From NCBI GenBank assembly GCA_951406725.2, contig OX597840.1, positions 2,542,001-2,606,000 of the forward strand: a stretch of DNA of 64,000 nt, read 5' to 3'. Of this stretch, positions 46,280 through 61,366 are shown piece by piece (position 1 is the stretch's first letter; every line of letters begins with the position of its first letter). The notes below the pieces were generated by a model. That model had not been told where the DNA came from and ran no database searches. It worked only from the letters and a program-made list of their open reading frames with translations. A program made the translations under genes and the position numbers. The stretch comes from Octopus vulgaris (lineage: Eukaryota).

Positions 46280-46939
46280 TGTTTCTTTATTAGCCACACA
46301 GGGCTGCACACAGACGGGACAGATTACAAAGTAGAGGTTTTCTTTTTTTTGGGGAAAAAAAGGTGGGGTAGGTTTTCGATCAAAAGGGATCGTAAAAGGG
46401 AAAAAAGAACAAAAAAAAGAAAAAAAGAAAAAAAGGAAAAGAAAAAAGAGAAAAAAGGGAAAAAGGAACAAAAGAAAAGAAAAATGAAACAAGAAGAAAA
46501 AAGAGGAAAAAGGGGGAAGAGAAAAAAAAACGATCAATAGGGATCGTGTATCACAATAGATAGATATGTTTCTTTATTAGCCACATAGGGCTGCACACAG
46601 ATCAGACAGATTACAAATAGAGCTTTTCTTTTTGGGGAAAAAAAGAACGTGGGTTAGGTTTTCGATCAAAAGGGATCGAAAAAGGGAAAGAAGAAAAAAA
46701 GAAAAAAGGAAAGGAAACAAAAGAAAAAAACGATCAATAGGGATCGTGTATCACAGTGTCATGATGTAAGGTTGTAAAGGAGGAAGCAGATAAGGTTTAT
46801 CCGTGGGAAGAAAAGCCTACGGAAAAGGCCACGGTAACCTCGGTCAATATTGTTACATGTTACCACATTTGTTTGCAAGTAGGTAACCCCCTGTTTTAGA
46901 TTTCCGGGTTCATAGGATTATGCTCAAGGTGGCTTCGTC

Positions 46940-46975
<36 letters not shown>

Positions 46976-46976
46976 T

Positions 46977-47031
<55 letters not shown>

Positions 47032-47605
47032 TGATAGATAGACAGACAGATGTGTTTTTATTATAGCCACACAGGGCTAAACACAGAATATAGACGAAAT
47101 ACAATGTAGAGTTTTTCTTTTCGAGGTGGGATGGGTGGGACATACAAAGAAAAAGTTCGATCAATAGGGATCGTTGGGCTGTGTGGTGTACAAAAAAAGA
47201 AAAGAAATATGTAAAGTTCCCAAAAAATGAGGGGTAATCGATATTGTTCACAGTTTTGGTGTAAACTTGGAAAGAAAAACCTACAAAAAAGACCAAGGTA
47301 ACCTCAGGCAGTTCAAAATGTACATAAGAGTAAGAACTTACGCTTTCGTTTTCTGTTTTTGTTACAGATTTATGCTTAAAATAGTGTCGTCTTTCATACT
47401 GACCATTCTTGCCACATTTACCCCTTTTTTATTGAAACTTTCATTCGACAACACTTTCCTCTCCATTCTCATCCTCCTTCTCAAGTGGTACTTGAAAATG
47501 CTGACGAGAGACTGACCAGAGAGGAAAGTGTTTGTCTGTAAACCTTTCAAACGCGTCCACCACACACATTCTTTCGCCATAGCTATTACTGTTATGAAGA
47601 CTGTT
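46278..47605 (-). mobile_element. Three stacked L1/Tx1-like 3' ends inside a (GATA)n array
   Basis: Copies at 46278-46556, 46565-46940 and 47050-47605 share an AATAAA-ending UTR. C-termini read AMAKECVWWTR..ERKVL..DDTILSINL* and DEATLSIIL*. Clade assignment is inferred. Confidence 0.65.
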
Positions 47606-47642
47606 AGATAGATAGACAGATAGATAGATTGATAGATAGCTT

Positions 47643-47693
<51 letters not shown>

Positions 47694-47929
47694 GCAAGAA
47701 TAAAAAAGAAAGCCGGGCAGGTAGATAGCTGTGTGAAGGGATCAATAGATTGAAAGATAGACACACAGGTCGATAGACATAGTGTAAGAAGTAGATAGAC
47801 GTATTCGTAGATAGAGCAATCGATAGAGAAGACAGATAGATACACAGAGAGAAAGATAGACAAGTAAAGAGAAAATAAGGAAGATAAATAGATGGAGGGA
47901 GAAGGAGGGTGGTATAGATAGATAGATAT

Positions 47930-47978
<49 letters not shown>

Positions 47979-47984
47979 AAAATG

Positions 47985-48124
<140 letters not shown>

Positions 48125-48700
48125 CACACACGACATGAAACAACATGTCAATGTGAACCAATCAACAAACCAATATCTGCAATGAAATTGTTCCTCCAAA
48201 TATATTGAATTTTGTGTTTCTTGAAGCCAGTCCAATCCCGAAACACACCGCGTTCACACGTGTTTGATTAATTTGACGAGATGCACATTGTATTAACACC
48301 AATACGGCTAAGTATTCCAAAGTCACATGTTAGTTTTATGTTATTCTCTCGTAGAAATAATTTACAATAAATAATGCATTTAAAAAGTCAATGGAGAGAA
48401 TAAGTCGAAGGTTGTCTTCGGGACACGAAACCGTATCTCCTGTGAACATGACATGCTTTCTACCATTGGAGTGACACAATTCCTGCGACTGGCACTGTTA
48501 CTTTTAGAAACATTATTTGTCATTCTTAACGCTATGAGTTATATGTTACTGACGCCATAAGAGATAAGAGATTTGGAAAAGATATGAATAATTAATTCTT
48601 TCTTGAAAAGCCTTAACTCCAAGGAGAGAAAAGGATTATTCCATACAATGTCGAATTTTCTAAATTCTTACACACGCACACATACACACACGTATGTATT

Positions 48701-48774
<74 letters not shown>

Positions 48775-48777
<3 letters not shown>

Positions 48778-49047
48778 TAGAAAAACCACCTTTTATCAAT
48801 TCAAAATGAACAATTAAATTACACCATCTAGAAAATTACATATAATAGAAATAAGAAAATTAAAATAATAATATACCGAAGATTAAGTAAATTGAAAAAT
48901 AATAATAAAAACGTATATATTTTGAATTGATAAAATGTGTGGTTTTTCTAATTTTTATATATATATATTCTATTTTGTGAAATTTGATTTAGTATTTCTA
49001 AATTGAATTTTTCCCTGAAAATTAGGAATAATATTCCCTCAAATAAT

Positions 49048-49050
<3 letters not shown>
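48775..49050 (+). repeat. Short inverted-arm element with a one-sided tail
   Basis: aaattagaaaaaccac..ttttatcaattcaaaa is inverted at 48920-48955. The tail (tccctg..ttccct) resembles 36121-36207. Confidence 0.6.
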
Positions 49051-49120
<70 letters not shown>

Positions 49121-49209
49121 CATATATATAAATATGTGTGTGTGTCTATATATATATGTCTAATAATAATAATAATAATAACAATAAATAAATAATATAT
49201 ATATGTATA

Positions 49210-49440
49210 TATGGGTACATGATGTCACCAACTGAGCAAACAACATGAAAGACGTAAATAAACGAGTTAAATATGTACACAACAAGAGAAAAATTGGAAA
49301 GCATGACAATAAAACACAGAGAAAGGTTCTTTCATCGGTTGTCGGCTGTCTATCTACTCCTCATTTCGAACATTCTATATTACGTTGGTTCTTTGCTTAT
49401 TTCATGTTGTTTGCACAGCTGGTGACGTCCTGTCCCCATA
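49210..49440 (-). repeat. TA-flanked repeat with ~40-bp terminal inverted repeats
   Basis: atgggtacatgatgtcaccaactgagcaaacaacatgaaa pairs with tttcatgttgtttgcacagctggtgacgtcctgtccccat. Confidence 0.65.
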
Positions 49441-49479
49441 CAGTACGTATAACTGTTTAGTTGTCTGAAATAACATCAA

Positions 49480-50280
49480 TATATATTAACCCTCTCAGAT
49501 GTTACTGTTTTCTATTTTAACCCTTTACTGTTCAGATTACTCTGTAAAATTTGATGCTATTTCACTCAAATTGTTTTTCATTAATCTTCTTATTAACCTT
49601 GTCAGCGCTAGTCATGATATTCTGCCCGAAGCCTTCAAGAAATCAACAAAACCTAGGCTTAATAGCCAGTTCAGTTCACTTGCCAACAACTGAATACCTT
49701 TCGTAAACATTTTGAAGATCACAACTTGTCTTTCTTGCGAAACATCCTTACTCCTTGTGCAGTCTTTTGGCAACACTTGGTTAAATTCTGCTCAAAATTT
49801 TATCTGGAAACCACCTTGAAGACTATATTTGACATTGAAATATCCTTCCAGTTCGCACAATCACGCATGTCATTATTCTCAAGTAATTTAATTAAAACTC
49901 TTCTCTTCCATACTGCAGGAATTTCAGCTGTCTTTTAGATGCAATTAACCAGGTTTGTTAAGAACGACTGATGTTATGATTCTTTCAGCTTTTCCCCCCT
50001 GAGACGGGAATCATTCTACAGGGGGTTGCTTTATAATGATTTAATTGCTTTATATCCTTTACCATCCCATCTACATGAACTGTCCCCATTTTATTATCAA
50101 AGCCCTATTCAACTGGAGTATTTTCTTTCGTTTGTGCCCTGTTAATTTTAGTGATGTTGGACTTCGGTCCCTCTGGCGCACAAGTCATCGATAACTCATC
50201 TCCTCTGTTCTCGACTTTGCACTATTTCTACTATTTCGCTCCGGTTGGATCTCTGCTTCGGCCTTGCAGCTTCCCTGCCA
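49480..50280 (-). pseudogene. Very degenerate RTE-like reverse transcriptase fragment
   Basis: Minus-strand remnants EIPAVWK..LIKL..DMRDCANWKDIS and FVDFLKA. Confidence 0.55.
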
Positions 50281-50294
50281 ATTCTGTTGTACTA

Positions 50295-50861
50295 TTGGGG
50301 TGTCCGGAAATTTCCTGCCAATTTATAGTAGCTTACCTTTCGACTTATTTTAGAACAGGGTTGATTACAGAAAGTAGGATTTGACTACACCTCCACTTAG
50401 AGCACAGTTTAAGCTATCTTTTCGTGAAATATGGTTTATGTTCCTATAACCTGTGTTAATTCTGTAACCCTTTAAAAGTGAAGAGAAGAAAGTTCATTTT
50501 CCGCACTTGATGCTTTGGGAACCAGACAAAAATTGCTGCAGATCGGCTGGGATGTGTTACTCCACCCTCCATATTCACCAGATATTGCTCCTTCGGATTT
50601 CCCCTTATTCAGGTCCCTGAAGAATGGTCTTAATGGTAAAAATTTCAATTCTTTGGATGACATAAAAAGATACCTTGATGAATTCTTTGCCATGAAACCA
50701 CCTCAATTCTGGGAAGAGGGTATTTTCAAGTGAAAGGAAAGATGGAGACGCATTGTGCAACAAAATGGTTCATATCTGGTTGATTAAAAAAGGTAATGGC
50801 AAGTATTTATTGACCTTTTTATTTCCTTTAAAAATCAGCACGAACATTCCGGACAACCCAA
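50295..50861 (+). mobile_element. Non-autonomous mariner element, same deletion as 24698-25254
   Basis: TIRs ttggggtgtccggaa / ttccggacaacccaa with TA flanks; HPPYSPDIAPSDF. Confidence 0.9.
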
Positions 50862-51014
50862 TACGTCGTTTTCCTTGAAGGATGGTCTTTCTCACCCAAG
50901 TATTTCTATCTATTAATTCTCATCAACGCTTTTGCACCTGCCTTTTATTCCGGATAGGGTTGTTGACCCTAGAAAAATCCAAATCCTTTTTCAACTGTAA
51001 TCATGCTTCTTTCC

Positions 51015-51243
51015 TTTAACACTTTATTGTTTAAACCGGCCATATCAGGCCAAAATATTCTACCTGGTTTATGCTCAAGCCAATCAGCTCTGACCTCTCA
51101 CACCTACCCTACAAAGTCATTCTAAAAATAAACAGGGACATCATCAATATCCCAGAGTTACAAGATGTTGTACAATAAATTTAAAACGATGTGATTAAAC
51201 AGGCTTTACATTTGACAGAGAAATCTGAATGCTAAAGGGTTAA
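51015..51243. mobile_element. Possible piggyBac-like MITE
   Basis: Right end aatgctaaagggTTAA; degenerate left end TTAAcacttta. Confidence 0.45.
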
Positions 51244-51538
51244 ACTCTCTAGCATGGAAAGTCTTACGATAAAGCTTAATTCTCGGTGTCATTGGCCCAC
51301 ACAAGCCATCACTCTGGAACAAACGCTGCACTTTGTAGTGGATCCTGTTATGGAAGCAAACCATTATATGTCTTTAGTTTTATCAGGTCCCCCTCTCTCG
51401 TATAGCTTAAATAATGAGTATTTTCTTTCTTTCCTAATTATGCTAAAAATTTAACTAATTAATTAATAAACTAAAATTGTCATGCTTCTACCGAAGTTTG
51501 AAACAGTATTGAAAATATTGATTCTTCTTCTTCTTCTG

Positions 51539-51613
<75 letters not shown>

Positions 51614-51623
51614 GTCATTGTTA

Positions 51624-51658
<35 letters not shown>

Positions 51659-51707
51659 ATTATTATTATTATTATTAAGTTAGCGAGCTGACAGAATCGT
51701 TAGCATG

Positions 51708-51740
<33 letters not shown>

Positions 51741-53201
51741 CTGTATAAATGAGCATAGACTCACACTTCCTTATATGAACATATGCCTATATCCATATGT
51801 GTTCGTAAACACATTTAGTTAGATTCACATACATGCATACATATGTACACGCATACATACACGTATACAAACTTACTCACATATATACATGCATACATAC
51901 ATACAGATAGACAGACATACACATACACATACATATATACATACATATATACACAAACATACATGCATATATACATACAGATAGACAGACATACACATAC
52001 ATACATATAGATACAAACATATATACATACATGCATACATACATGCATACATACCCCTATATACATACATATACATACCCCTATATACTTACATAGACGC
52101 ATGCATACATTCATACACTAAATTTTCACTTTAACACACGTACGTACACAAACAAATACATACATTTATACAAGCATACATACATACAATCATGCAGATA
52201 AATACATTCTCACTTTAACACACGTACTCACACACACACAAATACCTTCATATATATATACATACATTCATGCATACATATATACATACATATACACGCA
52301 CATATGCCTTCGTACATATGCATACACGCCCAGATACACACGTACATACATACATGCATAGATATAGACAGGCGTACATATAAATATCTTCTTACATTGA
52401 CACACGTACGTACACACACATGTACATACATGCATGATTATATTCATGCTTACATATATTCATGCTTACGTGTATACACACAAACATAAATACTTACCAT
52501 AGACGAGGCAGCCATTCAGAATTTCGCTCTTATTGAATCAAAAACTATTTTCTCCAAGTTATTTACCAAAGTAATGAATAAAAAATAACCATAAGACTAC
52601 ATCACCAACAACAAACACAAAAACCCCCAAACTGCCCCCCAAACAAGTCACCAACTCATATATACATACCACCAGAACCTCAAATACATACTGACAAAAT
52701 GAAATATTAATCTAATTTACATACTGTAAAATATTGAAGTAGAATATAAGAAAATTATAGCATAAGTCTGATCAAATATATTTTTCAATGGGAAAAGCAA
52801 CAAAACATATATATTATCAACGAATTTTGATTTTATTTTTAATTTACAGGATTATCTTTCCCTTGTCAATAATTATTTCGTGTTAGTATTGTCCCTCTGG
52901 TAGCAATTATTGGAACTAGTCCAAGAAGATGTTTTAGTGCAAAACGTATTTGCTTTGATTATTCAAATAATGACAAACTGTATTGTCACCTGTATGTGCG
53001 TATGTATATAGGCGTGCATGGTTACATGTATGTATTCATGTACGTATGCATGTGTGTGTGCGTATATATGTGTGTTTGTGTGTATGCGAGCGTGTTTGTA
53101 TGTGTGACTATGTGTATAACTATAGGGTATGTGTGTAGGTATATAGATATATAAATGTGTATATCCATCTACCTATCTATATATGTATGTGTGTGTGTAA
53201 G

Positions 53202-53237
<36 letters not shown>

Positions 53238-53390
53238 ATCATACAAATAGAATTATATAGAGAATTATACATAGAGACACAATACATACATGCATGTATA
53301 TCATATATATATATGAATGATGTATGTATATTAACGTCCATACATATAATATGAAATACACATATATATAAACATATACATGCACGCATT

Positions 53391-53434
<44 letters not shown>

Positions 53435-53766
53435 CATATACATATATATATATATACATATATAGTTATATATGAGTTTATATATATATATGTTTATGTG
53501 TGCATGTGTGTATTTATTTATATAATTTTTTTTAAAAAGCCGTTACTCGGGGCATTTGTTTCAAATGACGTGATCTTCATACGAGAACTATCTTTCCCAA
53601 TCTTGGTATTGGGTCTAGTCATATATATTTACATACATGTATGCATAAACACACACTGACACACAAATGCACACGCACACATGCACACACACACACACGT
53701 GTGTGTGTGCTATGTGTATGTATGCCCATATGTATTTGTTTGCGTATACACACACACACACATTTT

Positions 53767-54172
53767 TCTTTTACTTACTTGTTTCAGTCATTTGACTGCG
53801 GCCATGCTGGAGCACCGCCTTTAATCGAGCAACTCGACCCCGGGACTTATTCTTTGTAAGCCCAGTACTTATTCTATCGCTCTCTTTTGCCGAACCGCTA
53901 AGTTACGGGGACATAAACACACCAGCATCGGTTGTCAAGCAATGCTAGGGGGACAAATACAGACACACAAACATACACGCACACACACAAATATATATAT
54001 ATACATATATACGACGGGCTTCTTTCAGTTTCCGTCTACCAAATCAACTCACAAGCCTTTGGTCGGCCCGAGGCTATAGTAGAAGACACTTGCCCAAGGT
54101 GCCACGCAGGACTGAACCCGGAACCATGTGGTTGGTAAGCAAGCTACTTACCACACAGCCACTCCTTCGCCT
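53767..54172 (-). mobile_element. SINE family 1, full length
   Basis: Full consensus match. Confidence 0.9.
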
Positions 54173-54249
54173 GTGTATATATATATATATGTCTGTGTAT
54201 ATATATACATATGTATATATTATTTTATATGTTTCGGCCTTGATGGTGC

Positions 54250-54570
54250 GACCATGCTGGTGCACAGACATTGTAATCACCTTTCAATTGGCCAATTCTA
54301 AAGGTTTGGCTTTTGTTGATGGTGGGACTTCGACATCGCTGCTCACTGGCATTTTTCCTGCATTGATATTGGTCATGATGTCAAGTTCTTTCTTGAAAAC
54401 ATCTATTCCCACTTCATGGGAACCCCTCAGATCTTTTGGCAAGGAGTTAAATAGCTGTGAACGCTTAAATCCCAAGGTATTGCGGTACATTATATATCGC
54501 TTTTGCGATAATGCCGTATCCTTTAACAGGAAGTCTTTTGACATTTTGAGGCTGCTCTTAATCACATGAT
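54250..54570 (-). mobile_element. CR1/L2-like LINE 3' end fragment
   Basis: NTLGFK..QLFNSLPKDLR..V..DVFKKELD. Confidence 0.55.
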
Positions 54571-54879
54571 GTCTTCCGCGGCAATTGAAATATAATCTAC
54601 ATGTTCGCTTGCATCTCAAAGTTCCAAGTTCTTCACTGTCTCGTAGGTATTTCGTATTTCCTGTTGTTGAATTGAAAATGTGTGGCTTTCGAATTGCGAT
54701 CTGATGAAGCGATCTCTATTCCAATAGCGGTTGGTCTTCATGTTGATATTATTGTCTTTTTCAAGTCTTCGGGAAACATACCTATTTATAATCTTTTTGT
54801 CTTTTGTTTTGATTTTTTTTGGTATGTTTAATGATTCACATCCACAGGTCTTCTTTGTATATAAGCATGCCTTCTACGT

Positions 54880-55478
54880 AAGTATGTATGTATGTATGTA
54901 TGTATGTATGTATGTATGTATGTATGTATGCATGCATGTATGTATGAATGTATGTATGAATGTATGTATGTAAGTATGTATGTATGTATGAATGTATGTA
55001 TGTATGTATGAATGTATGTATGTATGTATGTAGGAATGTATGTATGTATGTATGTATGTAAGTATGTATGTATGTATGAATGTATGTATGTATGTATGTA
55101 TGTAAGTATGTATGTATGAATGTATGTATGTATGCATGTATGCATGTATGTATGTATGTATGTATGTATGAATGTATGTATGTATGTATGTATGTATGTA
55201 TGAATGTATGTATGTATGTATGCATGTGTGCATGTATGTATGTATGTATGTATGTACGTATGTACGTATGTATGCATGTATGTATGTATGAATGTATGTA
55301 TGTATGAATGTATGTATGTATGTATGTATTATGTATGTATGTATGTATGTATGTATTATGTATGTATGTATGTATGTATGTATGTATGTATGTATGTATG
55401 TATTATGTATGTATGTATGCATCGAAGGATGGATGGATGGATGGATGGATGGAAGGATGGATGGATGGATGGATGGAT
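54880..55478. repeat. (TATG)n/(GGAT)n microsatellite
   Basis: Direct inspection. Confidence 0.95.
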
Positions 55479-57023
55479 ATTTTATTGAAGAGGTTTTATA
55501 TTTTTTTCTATCATTTTGGCACTTCATATACTCTATATCACTTCTAGATGTTTTTCCTTAAAATTGCAATCCTGAAATTGTTTAACTGTTTATTGTTTTC
55601 CATTCCTTATTCAGAATTCAAAATTTCTACGTTTGCTGATTTCCTAAACGTGTTGTTTCTCATTAAGGTATACACTGTTCTGTTTGCTCTTTTTACTTGT
55701 TTATCTCTAATTCATTGGTCGGTTCACTAGGTATCTTGTAACGACCTATCACTTACGCCATTCATATTCTGTTGTGTTAAGAATGTCTATCTACGGAAGA
55801 CATGAGCTGTATTTTGTTATCACAGTTGTCGAAAGATATATTTCATTTGAATGAACAGATTTTTGGCTTGATACATCGTTTCTATTTCTGAATAATCATA
55901 CTTTATTCCATGAGTGAATGTGTTGTTTACAATGATTTGCTATTCCCGAGCTCTAACGTTCCTGTGTATTTTCGTTTTTATGCGTCATCAGAGATTTAAT
56001 TGCTTTGCGTTTTCGATACAGTTTTACAACTATATTTATTCTGATGTGTGCAAAATAATATCTATTAATTTCTTATTTGAGTAAGCACATGTGAGATGGT
56101 TTTATATATTTAATGTTTGCAGAGTAGAGAAAGCGAATAACACAAACCAGTTATTAAATTATACCAAAGAATATTTCCCCGTATGTATTTATATTTATCT
56201 TTATATCATATCACCATTTAGACGCAAATGTACTTCGGAACAGTGGTAACAATTCGCAAAAATATTGGGGAACGAGTGGATGCGGTGTGAGTGCCGGATT
56301 CGAAGGTGTTGATACTTACTCCGTGACAGATGTTCCTCACCTGCCTCACAACCTGCTCTTTGCTGTTTTTGGTTACTAATTTTCGTAAAACTCTTTTGAA
56401 CAGGTATGCATCTTATCTATTGCATCTAGTTCTGATGATGTAAAGTAGGTTTACTATGTATGAATATATATATGATAGATAAGCTTATATATATAAAAGA
56501 TATGTATGTATATATGTGTATATATATATATACGAAAAATGGTTTGAAAATACAATTTTACTTTACCGGTTTCACTCTTTGGAAAAAGATATATATATAT
56601 ATATTCTTTTATTCTTTTATTTGTTTCAATAAGTTGACTGCGGCCATGCTGGAGCACCACCCTTAGTCGAGTCAATCAACGTCAAAACTTATTCATTGTA
56701 AGCCTAGTTCTTCTTCTGTCGGTCTCTTTTTGCCGAACAACTAAGTTCCTGAAAACGTTCAATCTGACGACTCCACTAGAGTGGACGCAAGCGCTACTAT
56801 ATGATATATAAAACATGTGACATATTAATAAATATCTGTAAATATAAAACCATCCAGATTTCTGAGTACCTCATTTCTTCTAATACATAATACCTGTACA
56901 TCATCTCCACATCTTATATATATATATATGTGTGTATGTATGTATGTATGTATGTATGTATGTATGTACGTATGTACGTACATACGTACGTATGTATGTA
57001 TGTATGTATGTATATTGTGGTCC

Positions 57024-57059
<36 letters not shown>

Positions 57060-57955
57060 ATGTGTGTGTGTGTGAGTGTGTGTATGTGTGTGTGTGTGTT
57101 TGCAAGTATGTATGTAATGTATGTATGTATGTATGTATGTATGTACATATGTATGTATCTAAATTTTGTACGACTCTTTTACTCTATCTTATAGTCCCCC
57201 TCATACTTTCTTCCTCTTTTCTTTTTCTCGCTCCCCCCGCTCTCTCTCTCTCAATTTCCTTGGCCCTCTCTTTTTCAACTCACACTTTTCCTCCTGGTTT
57301 ATCTCCCCTCTACTTTTCCCTCTGTCTCTATGATTTTTCTAATCCATCACTCCCGCTGCCCGTACCCCTCTCTCCTCCTTCCACGTGACTGTTGTCCGGC
57401 CAGCCATGTCTACCAACCGCCAACACCTATGTTCATCTATGTTTCTGCCTTCATACATGCCAGCTCAATTTGATTTGTTCTCAGTCGAAAGACACCTGCT
57501 GTTATATACGTGTTGTATGTATTTGTAATTGTGTACCATGTTCACCATTTTTTGTCTTTGTTGCCGTTCACATTCACTAGCTTTCTTACAAAAAATCTAA
57601 TGCTCTTAGCTTAGACATTTGGGGAGCAATCAGATTAAACTGCCTGAAACAGTAAGGACATCTGGTAACTTGACTGAGGAAAAAGGCCACGATTGACCTG
57701 TTCATTTTTTCATTGTCCTTATTGTGGTTACTCCTGTCCGGCTTTATATAGTTTATCTGTCCATATGTTTTATTGTCTTCTATTGCATTTTTGGTCCATT
57801 ATATATATATATATATATATATATACGCATGTATGTATGTATAGCTTTTATTTCTAATACATATATATATATGCGTGTGTGTATAAATTTAGGTATACAA
57901 AGATATATATGCAAAGAAATACTGATGAGTGTTTTTTGGAAGTATTTCTATACGG

Positions 57956-58020
<65 letters not shown>

Positions 58021-58229
58021 GTGTGTGTATGTTTGTCACCCCAACATCGCTTGACAACCGATGGTGGAGTGTTTACGCCCAGTAACTTAGCGGTTCGGCA
58101 AAAGAGACCGATAGAATAAGTACTAGGCTTACAAAGAATAAAACCTGCGGTTGATTTGCTCGACTAAAAGGCGGTGCACCAGTATGGCCGCAGTCGAAAT
58201 GACTGAAACAAGTAAAAGAGTAAAAGAGT
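58021..58229 (+). mobile_element. SINE family 1, 3' half
   Basis: gcttgacaaccgatg..gactgaaacaagtaaaagagt. Confidence 0.85.
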
Positions 58230-58391
58230 ATATATATATATATATTTTTAATTTTTACTTTAAATTTAAATAATTTAAATTTTGAATTTTATATGTTATA
58301 TATTTTGTATATTATATTAATTAATCTTATTTCTAAGTTTTGGTTTATGTTTTTCACTGTTTAATTTGCCCAATAGTGGTTTTATCTCTAA

Positions 58392-58450
<59 letters not shown>

Positions 58451-58451
<1 letters not shown>

Positions 58452-58678
58452 CCGGAGTAAACACATAAATGTGAAACAAGGTGGAAAAAAGAGTACTCAA
58501 ATACCAATGGTAGAGTAATATGCTTTATTTAAAGCAGCAGAAAATTCAACAAAAGCTGTTACTCTGAGTTTCCCGTTGCCGTTCATTGACATATCGGTTC
58601 TATTCTAGCAAAAACTGTCCGATGAACAGCAACGGGAAACTCAGAGTAACAGGTTTTGTTGAATTTTCTGCTGCTTTA
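58451..58678 (-). mobile_element. Inverted-pLTR mini-element, same family as 37454-37677, opposite orientation
   Basis: Tail on the left. Plus strand reads aaaactgt CCGATGA aca GCAA cgg GAAACTCAGAGTA acaggtttt; the left arm is truncated inside the core. Confidence 0.8.
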
Positions 58679-58717
58679 ACTTTTAACTAAATATTTATAT
58701 ATATATATATATATATA

Positions 58718-59013
58718 GAAATTCAGGGTGAGTACTTGATAATTGTAAGTACCTGTATATACCATTTGGTGGTGTAGGTGATAGAGTAAATTAATCAAAA
58801 TAAAAACATGATGCCTAGGATTCAGCGGTACATATGTTTCGGACCTTTATTAGACGGATTTATAACAATGCATAATGTGTGTCTATGGCCTTCTTCAGCG
58901 GCTGAAGAAGGCCATAGACACACATTATGCATTGTTATAAATCCGTCTAATAAAGGCCCGACACATATGTACCGCTGAATCCTTGGCATCATGTTTTTAT
59001 TTTGATTAATTTA
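58718..59013 (-). mobile_element. Near-perfect palindrome (113-bp arms, 1-nt spacer) of a hammerhead-bearing pLTR plus tail
   Basis: Centre at 58900. Plus strand reads cagcgg CTGAAGA aggcc..ggccc GACAC ATAT GTA ccgctg; the minus arm keeps GAAAC ATAT GTA. Confidence 0.8.
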
Positions 59014-59499
59014 TATATATATATATATAGATAGATAGATAGATAGATATATACATATACATATATACATATATACATATATACATATATACATATATAT
59101 ATGCACATATATTCATATGTGCCTCTGTGTATGTGTGTACATTACATTTGTGAGTTTTAGTATTACATTTTCCATCAACACTAAACCAGCAGACTTGCCG
59201 TGCTACTTCTCCAAGAACGGCAGCTGCTTCTACTACCGCCGCCATTACAGCCGTTGCTTCTTCTATCGCTACGACTGTTGTTGGCTCTATTACTGCTCCT
59301 GTTGGCTTCCTTCGTTCGATCGATGTCTTCTTACCTCAACATAAGTGTACTTAACCACATAAATGTGTGTTCAATATCTGATTGATTAGCTGCCGGCTTA
59401 GCTAGATTAGCTTACAGATTGTTCCTTGATTCTCATTGTTCTTCCCGCCAGTAAGTTTACTCCCAGTATTTGTAGTATTACAATTATTGGTAACGTTGT

Positions 59500-59507
59500 T
59501 GTTGTTG

Positions 59508-59575
<68 letters not shown>

Positions 59576-60007
59576 GCTGTTGTTGTTGTTGTTGTTGTTA
59601 TTATTATTTGTTGTTGTTGCATTATTATTGTCGTGTTTACTGCAGCTATTAATAAAGCGATTATAATTTTTATAATTATATTTACCATCGTCAACATCAT
59701 CATCATCATCGTCATAATTCTTTTTCTTCTTCTTCTTCTTCTTCTTCTTCTTCTTCTTCTTCTTCTTCTTCTTCTTCTTCTTTTTCGTCTTCTTCTTCTT
59801 CGTCTTCTTTCCGTCTTCTTCTTCATCTTCTTCTTCTTCTTCTTCTTCTTCTTTTCTCCTTCCTCTTCTTCTTCCACTTCTTCGTCTTCTTCTTCTTCTT
59901 CTTCTTCTTCTTATTATTATTATTATTATTGTTGTTGTTGTTGTTGTTGTTGCTGTTGTGTTGTTGTTGTTATTATTATTATTATTATTGTAATTATTAT
60001 TATCATT

Positions 60008-60061
<54 letters not shown>

Positions 60062-60103
60062 GTTATTATTATTATTATCATTATTATTATTATTATTTTA
60101 TTA

Positions 60104-60186
<83 letters not shown>

Positions 60187-60270
60187 GTTATTATTATTAT
60201 TATTATCATTATTATTATCATTATTATTATTATTATTTTAATTTTTATTATTATTATTATTATTATTATT
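59500..60270. repeat. Compound (ATT)/(GTT)/(CTT)n microsatellite
   Basis: Direct inspection. Confidence 0.95.
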
Positions 60271-60945
60271 TTCTATCTTCTTTCAGTTTTGCGCCCATTT
60301 ATTGCCGAGTGTCTTTCCAAAACCTAGGGCAATGAAATTCACCATATACATTGGTGAGCCATTAAAATAGAGTCACCGGTTTGGTCATTTACAATATCAC
60401 GTGACGGAAGGAAAAAAAGCAAGAAAGACAGAGAGAATAAGGAAAGAATTTTAAAAAAAAAGAAGAAAAAAGAAAAAGTACAGAAAGAACTTATAGGAGA
60501 AAGAAAGGAAAGAAAATCCAGTTGTCATTGCTTTGTTTGATACGAGTTCTTCTAAGTCTTACACAGCGACTTCAAATAACGAATTTAGTATGGGTGTTAT
60601 TTACGATTAGCAATGATATATTTCACAGAAAGGAGACCACATTGTGAGGATTACGATTCTATTCCATTAACAACGTATTCGTATTTCAAAGGGTTTTAAG
60701 AGTATAAAATATTCTGAAGTTAACAGTATTTTTCTTGTGATGTGATCAATAGCGACAGTAACAATATTTTGTAGTTTCCGATATTTTGGAGTTTTCTAAT
60801 ACTTCACCATACTGTTTAAGATCGCAATTTAGCACGCTCCTCTAAAGCTCCGATGACCAGAGATACAGCTGTCGTTCTTAGATTTTATACTAGCTCTGGT
60901 TCGAGATCCTTGTGTAAATATTTATCAAGTAATATAGGTGTAATG

Positions 60946-61140
60946 TTGCTGTTTGATAAGTAGCTTGTTTACCAACCACATGGTTCCGGTATCAGTCCCA
61001 CTGCGAGACACCTTGAGCAAGTGTCTTCTACTATAGCCTCGGGCCGACCAAATCCTTGTGAGTGGATTTGGTAGACGGAAACTGAAAGGCCGTCGTATAT
61101 ATGTATATATATATGCATATATATAAATATATATACGCGC

Positions 61141-61171
<31 letters not shown>

Positions 61172-61366
61172 TGTTTGTCCTCCCAACATCGCTTGACAAC
61201 CGATGCCGGTGTGTTTACGTCCCCGTAACTTTGCGGATTGGCAAAGTAGACCAATAGAATAAGTACTAGGCTTGCAAAGAATAAGTCCTGGGGGTCGATT
61301 TACTCGACTAAAGACGGTGCTCCAGCATGGCCACAGTCACATGACTGAAACAATGAATGAGTAAAA
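60946..61366 (+). mobile_element. SINE family 1
   Basis: Consensus match with a decayed 5' end. Confidence 0.85.

Noticed and set aside
56764-56797. CTGACGA-tccac taga gtgga-GCAAGCGCTA hammerhead-like motif
   Set aside because: GAAA is mutated and there is no stem I; at best a dead fragment.
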